Position numbers and translations under genes: made by a program. Positions 8,242 through 16,681 of a stretch of 32,155 nt of DNA are shown here, in pieces. Within the stretch, counting starts at the first letter, position 1. Every line of letters begins with the position of its first letter. The stretch comes from an uncultured archaeon (GTDB lineage Archaea; Asgardarchaeota; Hermodarchaeia; Hermodarchaeales; Hermodarchaeaceae): contig CAYFXY010000005.1 of NCBI GenBank assembly GCA_964347205.1, positions 5,109 through 37,263 on the forward strand. The letters run 5' to 3'. The notes below the pieces were generated by a model. It saw only the letters and a program-made list of their open reading frames with translations, ran no database searches and was not told the origin of the DNA.

Positions 8242-10329
8242 TTGCCCCCGAAGCTTCAAATCAACGAAGTAACTGCAAAAAGCATTCTCAATCCAAGTAG
8301 AATTAGCGGTGTAACTTATACCATCAATCCCTACGTAGGCTGCCAACATGCCTGCTCGTATTGTTTACATCCTTCTACTCGGATTCTAACAGAAAAAGGA
8401 ATGGAAGAGATTCAAAATGTTGTTCATAAAGAAAATTTACCATTGGTTATCACACATAAAGGAAGATTTCAAAAAATTGAAAGAACCTTTCAGCACCACT
8501 ATGATGGAGTCATTCGGCGTATTCAACTAAGGTATTATCGAGATTTTTCGATAACACCAAGTCATCAAATTTATGCAATCAAACGTACCAATTTAATTTG
8601 CGTAATGGATAGTTTTTCCCTCTGTTATCCAAATAGAACTGATAAGGGAACAAACAAAACAAGAAAGTGTAACGAATGTAAACGCAAACGGAAGGTACAT
8701 CCAAAATTACTTGAAGCTAAGGAACTTGAAAAGGGAGATTTAGTAATTGTGCCTATTCCCAGAGATTCTAAAGACGTAACGAATATTCGTGTTAGTGAAG
8801 TTCTTGCTGAAAGAGAATTTACAGATTTTATAGAGATTGATAAGAACAATTTTATTAAGTTCAAAAGAGGAAAAACTAGAATTCCTAATGAAATTCATTT
8901 AAGCAAAGAATTCTCACGTTTGGCAGGTTACTATGTTTCAGAGGGGAGTGTAATATCCAAATCTGGTCGACCAAATTCAGCAAGTCTGGTCTTTACTTTT
9001 CATGAGAAGGAAGATTTGTTCATTAATGATGTTTTCAGGTTACTAAAACGATTTTTCAATCTAGAACCAAAAATCAGAGCAGGTTCACTAAAAACTACCC
9101 GCGTTGAGATGGATTCGACAATCGTAGCTCGCATCTTTGAAACTTTGTTCGGTGACAGATCCAAAAATATGAAAATTCCTTCCTGGTTTCTTTTTCTACC
9201 TATTCATAAACAAAAGGAATTTCTTAAAGGGGCATTTAGGGGAGATGGAAGCGTTACAGATAATAAAAACCGTCCAACAGATTTTGTCACAACGTCACCA
9301 ATTATTCGCGATGCTGTACAGCTTATATTATTACGATTAGGCATTCCTTCTGTAATCTCAATCGCAAAAAAGGGTAAATTTCGTAAAAATGTTGCATTCA
9401 TCATCTTTCCAGCAGGAACTTTTAGGAAAGAATTTGTTGATATATTTGAACTTAGAAAAAACGTGAAAGAAGGACACAATATCTATGAGGGAAAAACTCG
9501 AGATTTTCTAATAGTTCCAATTAAGGAGATTGTTGACGAAAAATACCTTGGGCCGGTTTATAATTTACAGGTTCAAAATGATCAGACATACTTAGTGAAT
9601 TTTGTCGCTGTTTCGAATTGCTACGCAAGGTTCATGTCACGTTATACAGGTCATCAGGGGGAAAAGTGGGGCAGTTTTGTGGATGTTAAGGTCAACGCTC
9701 CGCGGGTCTTATTAGCTCAGTTACGTAAGCGAAAGAAACCCGTAAAAGACAGAGTCCTTCTTTCCAGTGTGACTGATGCATATCAACCCCTCGAGCGCCG
9801 TTACAAGATAACCCGCTATTGCTTAGAATTATTGAATCGGTATGAACTGCCAATCTCAATTCTTACAAAATCCGATCTGGTGTTACGTGACACAGATCTT
9901 TTTGTGAATTCTGTAGAAGCCGAAGTGGGTATGACAATAATAACCCTTGAGAACAAGGTCCGTCGCATCTTTGAATCCGGGGCTCCATCCAGTAGACGTC
10001 GTATAGAAGCATTGAAACAGCTCAACGCCCAAGGCATACGTACCTATGGTTTTGTTGGCCCTATTATCCCATCACTGAGTACACAGGATCTTGAAGAAAT
10101 TATCCGAAACCTTGCGGATAGCGGTGTTGCTTATGCATTTTTCGATCGATTAAATGTGAAGTATGGCATTCGTCCGGTCATTGAACAGGCTCTGCGAACC
10201 CATTTTGAAAAGGAGGCAAAACCCATTCTTAAGGCATTACGTTCCAGTAGCGAATATTATGAGAGGGTCCGGAATCAGATTATGGATTATTCAATGCAAT
10301 ATGACTTAGACGCCGATATAATTTTCTAA
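8242..10329 (+). CDS. SplB-like (COG1533, DNA photolyase-like) radical SAM protein precursor containing an intein
   Basis: The N-extein ends NPYVGCQHACSY. The C-extein begins CYARFMSRY and continues with SVTDAYQP and ILTKS blocks typical of this family. The spliced product would be 276 aa. The start is TTG with a GAGGA 5 nt upstream. Confidence 0.8.
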   Translation: MPPKLQINEVTAKSILNPSRISGVTYTINPYVGCQHACSYCLHPSTRILTEKGMEEIQNVVHKENLPLVITHKGRFQKIERTFQHHYDGVIRRIQLRYYRDFSITPSHQIYAIKRTNLICVMDSFSLCYPNRTDKGTNKTRKCNECKRKRKVHPKLLEAKELEKGDLVIVPIPRDSKDVTNIRVSEVLAEREFTDFIEIDKNNFIKFKRGKTRIPNEIHLSKEFSRLAGYYVSEGSVISKSGRPNSASLVFTFHEKEDLFINDVFRLLKRFFNLEPKIRAGSLKTTRVEMDSTIVARIFETLFGDRSKNMKIPSWFLFLPIHKQKEFLKGAFRGDGSVTDNKNRPTDFVTTSPIIRDAVQLILLRLGIPSVISIAKKGKFRKNVAFIIFPAGTFRKEFVDIFELRKNVKEGHNIYEGKTRDFLIVPIKEIVDEKYLGPVYNLQVQNDQTYLVNFVAVSNCYARFMSRYTGHQGEKWGSFVDVKVNAPRVLLAQLRKRKKPVKDRVLLSSVTDAYQPLERRYKITRYCLELLNRYELPISILTKSDLVLRDTDLFVNSVEAEVGMTIITLENKVRRIFESGAPSSRRRIEALKQLNAQGIRTYGFVGPIIPSLSTQDLEEIIRNLADSGVAYAFFDRLNVKYGIRPVIEQALRTHFEKEAKPILKALRSSSEYYERVRNQIMDYSMQYDLDADIIF
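8362..9618 (+). mobile_element. intein (419 aa) with LAGLIDADG homing endonuclease domain
   Basis: Block A is CLHPSTRILT with Cys1 at 8362. Block B is ITPSHQIYA. The LAGLIDADG motifs are LAGYYVSEGSV and FLKGAFRGDGSV. Block F is VYNLQVQNDQTYLVN. The terminal residues are VSN, followed by +1 Cys (9619-9621). This stretch looks more A/T-rich than the flanking exteins. Confidence 0.85.
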
Positions 10330-10341
10330 TTTCATCAATAA

Positions 10342-10662
10342 CTAGGTGTCTAAAGGTTCAGTAACGCCAGGAGCCCACCAGAACCAGGTTTTTCGTTTGA
10401 TGCTGAGTTTTCCATGAATTCTCCCTTCTTGCCTAAGCCGGTTGAGCAAGCGACTTGGCGAATCGGGGCAACCGATTTCATGGAGAAGTTGAGCGATTTC
10501 AGTAGTTGTCATTGGACGATTCGTATCATGCAGAATCATCTCAACTGCCTGTGCAGATTGTGTCTTCTTGTGTTTAAGCTCAGGTTTGGGTTCTTCTTTC
10601 AACGAAACTAGCCTCAGGTAAATACCCAGTTGGTAAATAAAAAAAGAGTGGAGTGGGGACAT
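10342..10662 (-). CDS. small winged-helix DNA-binding-like protein
   Basis: The segment MTTTEIAQLLHEIGCPDSPSRLLNRLRQEGRIHG has a helix-turn-helix plus wing pattern. The N-terminal 20 residues are doubtful. A TTG at 10602 is an alternative start. Confidence 0.4.
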   Translation of the reverse strand: MSPLHSFFIYQLGIYLRLVSLKEEPKPELKHKKTQSAQAVEMILHDTNRPMTTTEIAQLLHEIGCPDSPSRLLNRLRQEGRIHGKLSIKRKTWFWWAPGVTEPLDT

Positions 10663-10702
10663 AAAAATCCCCGTCTTGATTCGATTTTATGGCAAAAAAG
10701 GT

Positions 10703-11176
10703 TTAGATGGTCTTCAAATCACCAAGAATCATATCTTGGGTGTCTTTGTCTTCAACTTTGGTTGTTGCTTTCTCAGCAAGCTCAAGGTACTTACTTTTGT
10801 TCTTCTCATCCCCCAATACCGAATAACCTCGAGCGATTGCCTCATACGCGTAAGCGAGGTCCCAATCCTTGATGCCCTCTTTTTTACAGATATCGAGGTA
10901 GGTTGTCCCATAATGGACCGCGCGTTTTCCATCGCCAAGAACGGCGTAGACACGTGAAAGTTGCCAGTCACCGCGTCCAAGGTTGATGGGGGTAGCATCC
11001 CAGCCATTTTTGACGCGAACGCCCCAATGGTAACGTGAAGCATGAGAAGCATTGACTATAGAATCTTTTTCATCGTCGGTGAGTTTTTCTTTGTCTAGGT
11101 AATTCCAAGTTTCGTTAAAGAGATCAACGGCCATTTTTCGATGCCATTTTTCGAGAGAGATTTCTTCATTTGTCAT
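10703..11176 (-). CDS. conserved hypothetical helical-repeat (TPR-like) protein
   Basis: The ATG at 11176 is preceded by GGGAGG 5 nt upstream. The ORF track starts at 11227. The protein is all-helical with motifs ASHASRYHW and GDWQLSRVYAVLGD. The function is unknown. Confidence 0.55.
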   Translation of the reverse strand: MTNEEISLEKWHRKMAVDLFNETWNYLDKEKLTDDEKDSIVNASHASRYHWGVRVKNGWDATPINLGRGDWQLSRVYAVLGDGKRAVHYGTTYLDICKKEGIKDWDLAYAYEAIARGYSVLGDEKNKSKYLELAEKATTKVEDKDTQDMILGDLKTI

Positions 11177-11429
11177 TTCTATACCTCCCGAGTTACACCA
11201 GAATGAATTAGGTTCGCTTAAAAACATCTAGGGTTTTACTAGGTAACATGTGATGTTAAAATTGAATCAATTTTTTTGAAAACCCTAATGGGAATTGTGA
11301 TTCTTGTTACTCTGTCGAAATTTTTATTCATGATGGTGCAAGAATAGAACGAGATACAATAGTTCATTCGAACAATTTATCCATGAAGGGAGCTGTGACT
11401 GGGCGTTCACGAATGGCAAAACTTGGTGA

Positions 11430-11774
11430 ATGGTGAAGAAAATGATTAAGGCTATCTTTATTGTGATTAATGGAGCCTATGCATTTTCCCGGCAATATAC
11501 TGAACAAATTGACCCCCATTTGCTTTCTGGACTGCTTACAGCATTCCGTGTTTCGTCAAAAGAATTTGCTACAGGAGAATTTCGGCAAGCAAAATTTGAA
11601 GGCTCAGAAGTTTTTGTTGATGGACTTACAGAGCGTCCGAATGATTTTGTAGCCATCTTTGCCACACCCGAGGAGCGGGCAGCGGATCTCACGAATCTGA
11701 TGGCGCTTATGGTGAAAAGATTCACACCTGGGATAGCCTGCAAGGCCCCTTTTCAGATTTTGAACCCACCATAG
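11430..11774 (+). CDS. roadblock/longin-like small alpha/beta domain protein (probable 5' part of a split gene)
   Basis: An ATG start follows GGTGA. The pattern IKAIFIVINGAYAF...DPHLLSGLLTAFRVSSKEF...FVAIFATPEE parallels the cytoplasmic tail of the giant protein at 22729-23136. Confidence 0.55.
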   Translation: MVKKMIKAIFIVINGAYAFSRQYTEQIDPHLLSGLLTAFRVSSKEFATGEFRQAKFEGSEVFVDGLTERPNDFVAIFATPEERAADLTNLMALMVKRFTPGIACKAPFQILNPP

Positions 11775-11794
11775 ATCAAATCATCGCTGGTTGT

Positions 11795-12184
11795 GTGTGG
11801 TGCGATACTGAACAAATATTGGAACCCCCCAAGATTACTTTCACCACAGATTTGATTCCCGCAAAGGAAACCGTATACCGAGGGAATACCCTGAATGTCA
11901 AATACTATGTTCATAATAGTAGTGCTCAACCAATTTACTTAACCGCAATTGTCAATGCTATTCCCCAACTCTTCGAGATGGATGGATTAACTGAAAATGT
12001 TGTTTTACGCAGTACTGTGTTTCTGCGAAATCGATCACTTAAACCTGAAAAAGCATATGACACTGCTATTCCAATCAAAGCACGGCGAATTGGTCATACA
12101 GAAATTGCGCCAATTCTTTTCATCACTCAGGGCTCAAAAGCCTTTACGGTGCTAGGAGAAAACCGTGAGGTTGACATTATATAG
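11795..12184 (+). CDS. beta-sandwich (CARDB/DUF11-like) domain protein (probable 3' part of the same split gene)
   Basis: The frame is open from 11645. The upstream in-frame residues HTWDSLQGPFSDFEPTIDQII continue the homology to the giant protein tail (ENWEGRVDQFNGASDLVEEV). The rest shows an alternating beta-strand pattern. Confidence 0.5.
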   Translation: MWCDTEQILEPPKITFTTDLIPAKETVYRGNTLNVKYYVHNSSAQPIYLTAIVNAIPQLFEMDGLTENVVLRSTVFLRNRSLKPEKAYDTAIPIKARRIGHTEIAPILFITQGSKAFTVLGENREVDII

Positions 12185-12223
12185 CTAAAAATAATATACA
12201 CAAATCCCAGTATTTTTTTAGCT
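12183..12223 (+). terminator. A/T hairpin plus T7 run after the split gene
   Basis: AGCTAAAAA (12183-12191) is the exact reverse complement of TTTTTAGCT (12215-12223). The T7 run at 12213-12219 fits the archaeal oligo-T termination signal. Confidence 0.35.
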
Positions 12224-12233
12224 TGACAAACCC

Positions 12234-12497
12234 ATGATACACACTATGTTTTTTGTAGAAATTTTCTATTCCGGGATTGGACTTTGGCTGCAAATGATAC
12301 TTGCCATTTTACTAATTTGTAGTGGAGTCTTGTTCACCGGTTTACTTGTGAAAATTCGTTTTCCGTTATGTGAGGCACTTGTAGGAGTATTCGCTTCCTT
12401 TGTATGGTTTGGAGTATATATTCTGAATTGGCTTTGGGTTGAACCTGAAAGATCCAAAAAAGCACATCGAAAGGCAGAACAGAAGATTTCGAATTAA
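12234..12497 (+). CDS. small membrane protein (about 3 TM helices)
   Basis: Hydrophobic 87-aa ORF with a basic C-terminal tail (RSKKAHRKAEQK). No known motif. Confidence 0.4.
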   Translation: MIHTMFFVEIFYSGIGLWLQMILAILLICSGVLFTGLLVKIRFPLCEALVGVFASFVWFGVYILNWLWVEPERSKKAHRKAEQKISN

Positions 12498-12810
12498 GGT
12501 ACTGATTTTTTTTCACTACTGACTTTAATAACAATTGGAGTGAGTTACTTTGTAGTGACGAGTTTGGTGAGAGCTAGAATGGATTTGTATAGGCATCAGG
12601 CGTTGCGTGTTTCAACATGTCTGACGTTGGAAACAGGTTCAGTGAATGAGGCACGGCTGCGATGTTGAAAGGGTTGCAGAAGGTGGTACCACGATTATAG
12701 AAAGACGCGGATTTTCATACTGAGGTACTTGAAAGGGGTAAACATGATAACTGGTGTCAAAGCCACAGATATACTCATAATTCATAAGATTGAATAATCT
12801 GCATCAATTT

Positions 12811-13624
12811 ATGGAGAATACTAGTCTGATTGAAATTGAGCCATTCAATGATGCGATAACCTGTATTAAAACCGCATCACCATTGGGTGATCAAGCGATT
12901 ATATGCTTAGCAGTTAAAAGACATAGTATTCGATTCGGGGTGCTGGAATGCTGTTGGGGAGCTTCGAACTTTCTTCAGAACGCATCCTGTGAACCGCGTA
13001 TTTGTGACACATAATCATGAAGATCATTATGGCGGGTGTGCGGCTTTTCTTCCCAAGGCAAATATTTTTGCAGGACCAATAACACTTGAATCACTGCAAA
13101 AGCCATATCCGTTACCTGATTTTTTTAAATTTGTTTGGGGACTTCCCGAACCAGTAACAAAGGGACAAGAATTAACGGCATCATCCATTACTGTAAATGA
13201 TTTTGTGTTTGAGGTTGTGGATTTGTCAGGACATTGTGAAGAGATGGTAGGGTTTTGGGAGCCGAAACAAAAATGGTTTTTTTCCTCAGATGCAGTGCCC
13301 CTTCCATCACAGAAGCAGATGGCAATGCCTGAAGAAAACATTCCGAAAATGATAATGCGCATGCAAGAGATTCAGGATAAGAATGCAAACGTCCTTTTCG
13401 ATGGGCACCGAGGACCCATCGTGAATCCCCACGATTACATTGAAACACGAATCCGCTATCTTTCAAACTTGAGAATTCGAATTCGAGAAATGGCTAATGA
13501 AGGAAAAGAGCTTCCTGAGATAAAACACATCTTGAATTTTCCTGAGCCCTGGTACCTGCCAAATACCGAGGGACGATTTACGATTGACCATTTGATTCGA
13601 TCACTACTAGAAGACACCATATGA
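12811..13624 (+). pseudogene. metallo-beta-lactamase-fold hydrolase, frameshifted at an A4 run
   Basis: THNHEDHYGG (HxHxDH) lies in frame 2. The upstream frame-2 residues KDIVFDSGCWNAVGELRTFF are the canonical MBL strand and loop. The N-terminus (MENTSLIEIEPF...AIICLAVK) is in frame 1. The frames join if one A of AAAA at 12916-12919 is removed. Confidence 0.65.
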
Positions 13625-14056
13625 ATGTAGCAAGGATGGTTGCTTTTCGCGTTGACATCCTTGACAATGGTAAGTCCCTGTTAACAACCTAAACAAAACA
13701 GGAAATCAGATCTTTTCTCGCATAATCTAGGGGCGAATATGAGTGAATTGATTGCTAGTTAGATTAACCAATAGTAGGTGGATTCTGAAACGGAATCCCG
13801 AAATTCTAACAGTCAATAATTGCATTAAGGCACTGAAAGTCAAAAGGGTCTACCTTTATCAACGATTTCATATTCTAGGGTTCATAACGAATTGAGTTGT
13901 GTATTTTACAAGGCTTCGTTCACACGAATCAATTGATAAAAAGCTTTATTGCAGTCCGTAAGCTTGTTTGTAAATAGGGGTATGATCTGACACGGATTAG
14001 ATGCGTTCTATACCTCTAATTCGGCTCAGTTACTCTTATACCAAGGTGAGTTACCA

Positions 14057-16681
14057 ATGCGACCATCCAAGACTAAAACCTCACCTTCATCAGATGCTAT
14101 ACAAGAAAGCATAAGTGATCGTCTTTCTCGTCTTGTTGAAGCTACCGGAGCATTAGTAGTTGGAATAGATCGTAAAGGCCGAATTACCCTTTTTAATCGC
14201 AAGTGTGAAGAGGTGAGCGGATATTCTAGAAATAAGGCTTTAGGTAAATCCATATACTCACTACTAATTCCAAAAGAAGAACGCCTCAAAGCCAAAAAGC
14301 ATTTTCAAACCTTACTTGAAGGAAACATGTCGACTCAACAACTAGAAGTTCATTGGATAACCAAGAACGGGGAAAGCCGCCTCTTGCGTTTGAATAACAC
14401 GTATATCACTGATGAGCAGGGGAGAATTGTGGAACTTTTCGGAATTGGCACTGACCTTATCGAAGAAAAGATGGCAAAAGCCTCAATGAGGGACAGCGAA
14501 AAGGCCTATCGGGTATTGTATGAAAATCTTACAGAGGGTTTCATAATTATTGATACAAAGGGATTAATCACCACGGTGAACGAAGCTGCAACCCGAATTT
14601 TCGGATATGCCAAAGATGAAATAATTGGAAAACCCATACAGGAGTTTCTTTACCCAGATGATCGACAATTTGCCCTTGAGATATTTCAACAAGCCATTAA
14701 TACCCAAACTACCGCATCGAAAGGATGGGCATTAAGAGGTATACATAAGGATGGGTCAATCGTCGAATTTCAAATAACGAGCTCTCCAATACTCAGGGAA
14801 GGAGAAGTAGAAGGTATTCAATCAGTGATTCGTGACATCAGTCTGGAGAAGCAGATGGAAGAGGCCCTTAGAGAGTCGGAGGATAAATATCGGTCAATTG
14901 TAGAACAGTCACTTCAGGGGTTAGCCATTTTTCAAGACAATAAGCTTGCATTTGTAAATCAAGCAATAACGGATATCCTTGGTTATACCTCCGAAGAGAT
15001 GATGAGTTTTTCTCTTGATGAAATACGTGATATCCTTTATCCAGAAGATCAGGAAAGACTGTGGAGCCGTTTTGGAAAACAGGCTAAACATGAAGCTGAT
15101 TCGGCGAGATATGAAACCCGAACGCTTCGTAAGGATGGAAGTATTCGCTGGATTGAGGTTTACACAAACCTCATAACATATCAAGGAAAACCTGCAACCC
15201 AAGCAGCAATAATTGACATAACAGAGAGGAAAAATGCAGAGGCGGCCAAAGAAGAATCGGAGTCGCAATATCGAACCTTGGTTGAGACCTCCCCAGATGC
15301 AATCACGCTTACAGATTTGCAAGGAAATATTCTCATTGCAAATGAACAAACCCTTCGCCTTCATGGCTTTAAAACAATTGATGAACTCAAAGGAATGAGT
15401 GCGTTTTCATTAATTGCTCCCGAAGATCAAGAACGAGCTCTGACAAACCTCAAGAGAACCTTGGAAACAGGGTCGATTTCAAATATTGAATACACAATGC
15501 TTCGTAAAGATGGATCACGGTTTAGTGCGGAGCTAAATGCAGCACTATTGAGAGGAGCTAAGGGAGAACCCCGAGCGTTCATTGGAATTACACGAGATCT
15601 TTCTGAACGAAAGGCAGTTGAATCGCGTCTGAAGAGTCTCTTTGATCATGTTCCTGTGGGACTCTACCGGACGACTCCAGATGGCACAATCCTTGATGCA
15701 AATCCAGCATTAGTGGAAATTTTAGGTTTTAGTGAAAAAGAACAACTTCTTGAACGGAAGGCTTCTAGTTTCTATGTTGATCCTGCCGCGCGAAGAATCT
15801 GGGAAGCGACCGTGGCGCGAGAAGCCGTAGTAACTGGTGTGCAAGCTGAATTTCGACGTAAAAATGGAAAAAAAATCTGGGTTGAAATGAACACAAGAGC
15901 TATTCGTGACGCTGATGGGACAGTCTTATTTTATGAGGGCTCATTAAAGGATATTACTGAACGAAAGAAAGCAGAGCTAGAAATTTTAACTTCACAACGG
16001 CGAGCCGAATTTCTCGTCGATCTTATGGCCCACGACTTGAATAACATCAACCAAGGGATCATGTTATCTCTGGAGATCTTAGAAAATGATGATAGCATCT
16101 CAGAGCCAACAAAAGAAAAAGTCAGTTCAGCTCTGGCCCAAGTCGAACGAAGTGCAGAACTAATTGGAAATGTAAAACGATTTCAAATGCTTGATGCTGA
16201 ACCACTCAGCCTTAGCACTCGGGATCTTGCACCAGCTTTTTTTGCTGCAGTGCATGCAGTAGAGAGAGCATTCCCACAGAAAACCCTTCTATTAACAACG
16301 AATATACAGGAGAAGCAATATTTTGTTACTTGCGATGGTTTCCTTACCGAGCTTTTTTTCAATCTTCTCCATAATGCTTTGAAAGCTGATCAAAGTGAAA
16401 TTGTCAAAATAGAGGTTCACGCTGAACCAAAAAATGGTGATTCGATTATTAAAGTTCAAATCATGGATCAAGGACCAGGAATTCCAGATTCAGAAAAAAA
16501 ACGAATATTTGCTCGCTATTCTGAAAGACACGAAGGCGTTCGAGGTTCAGGCATCGGACTTACATTAGTCCAACGGATCATTAACCGGTATGGTGGAAAA
16601 ATATGGGTTGAAGACCGGGTGAAAGGAAAGTATTCCCAAGGTGCGAATTTTGTGATTCTATTACCAAGGGGGGAAGAGTAA
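14057..16681 (+). CDS. cytoplasmic sensor histidine kinase with five PAS domains
   Basis: There are five PAS/PAC-like repeats, each ending in an I(T/S)E(R/E)K-type linker. The H-box is LMAHDLNNINQG, the N-box is LLHNALKA, G1 is DQGPGI and G2 is GSGIGL. There is no TM segment. AGGTGA lies upstream of the ATG. Confidence 0.9.
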   Translation: MRPSKTKTSPSSDAIQESISDRLSRLVEATGALVVGIDRKGRITLFNRKCEEVSGYSRNKALGKSIYSLLIPKEERLKAKKHFQTLLEGNMSTQQLEVHWITKNGESRLLRLNNTYITDEQGRIVELFGIGTDLIEEKMAKASMRDSEKAYRVLYENLTEGFIIIDTKGLITTVNEAATRIFGYAKDEIIGKPIQEFLYPDDRQFALEIFQQAINTQTTASKGWALRGIHKDGSIVEFQITSSPILREGEVEGIQSVIRDISLEKQMEEALRESEDKYRSIVEQSLQGLAIFQDNKLAFVNQAITDILGYTSEEMMSFSLDEIRDILYPEDQERLWSRFGKQAKHEADSARYETRTLRKDGSIRWIEVYTNLITYQGKPATQAAIIDITERKNAEAAKEESESQYRTLVETSPDAITLTDLQGNILIANEQTLRLHGFKTIDELKGMSAFSLIAPEDQERALTNLKRTLETGSISNIEYTMLRKDGSRFSAELNAALLRGAKGEPRAFIGITRDLSERKAVESRLKSLFDHVPVGLYRTTPDGTILDANPALVEILGFSEKEQLLERKASSFYVDPAARRIWEATVAREAVVTGVQAEFRRKNGKKIWVEMNTRAIRDADGTVLFYEGSLKDITERKKAELEILTSQRRAEFLVDLMAHDLNNINQGIMLSLEILENDDSISEPTKEKVSSALAQVERSAELIGNVKRFQMLDAEPLSLSTRDLAPAFFAAVHAVERAFPQKTLLLTTNIQEKQYFVTCDGFLTELFFNLLHNALKADQSEIVKIEVHAEPKNGDSIIKVQIMDQGPGIPDSEKKRIFARYSERHEGVRGSGIGLTLVQRIINRYGGKIWVEDRVKGKYSQGANFVILLPRGEE

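Noticed and set aside
8221-8244. In-frame ATG 21 nt upstream of the radical SAM TTG start, separated from it by TGA (possible N-terminal extension or another nonsense lesion)
   Set aside because: The TGAGGA at that position also serves as a GAGGA ribosome-binding site at the right distance from the TTG. The family N-terminus does not require the extra residues.
11709-11730. Programmed -1 ribosomal frameshift joining ORFs 11430 and 11795
   Set aside because: There is no X XXY YYZ slippery heptamer, only G AAA AGA. I saw no obvious downstream stem-loop or pseudoknot. A one-base homopolymer error or mutation is the simpler reading. It remains mentioned in the finding as a possibility to test.
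12498-12810. Possible structured or C/D-box RNA in the 310-bp gap before the MBL gene. TTTCAACAT at 12610-12618 pairs with ATGTTGAAA at 12662-12670. GTGACGA and CTGA motifs are also present.
   Set aside because: There is only one 9-bp stem with a 43-nt loop. The box C match is imperfect and the spacing is wrong for an archaeal C/D sRNA. I could not build a convincing fold by hand.
14921-15364. 147-aa antisense ORF inside the histidine kinase. Similar shadow ORFs include 743-1165, 13027-13362, 21207-21584, 23589-23876 and 26803-27096.
   Set aside because: All lie opposite to, or out of frame within, long genes with strong motif support. Their compositions are low-complexity or odd. I treat them as shadow ORFs.
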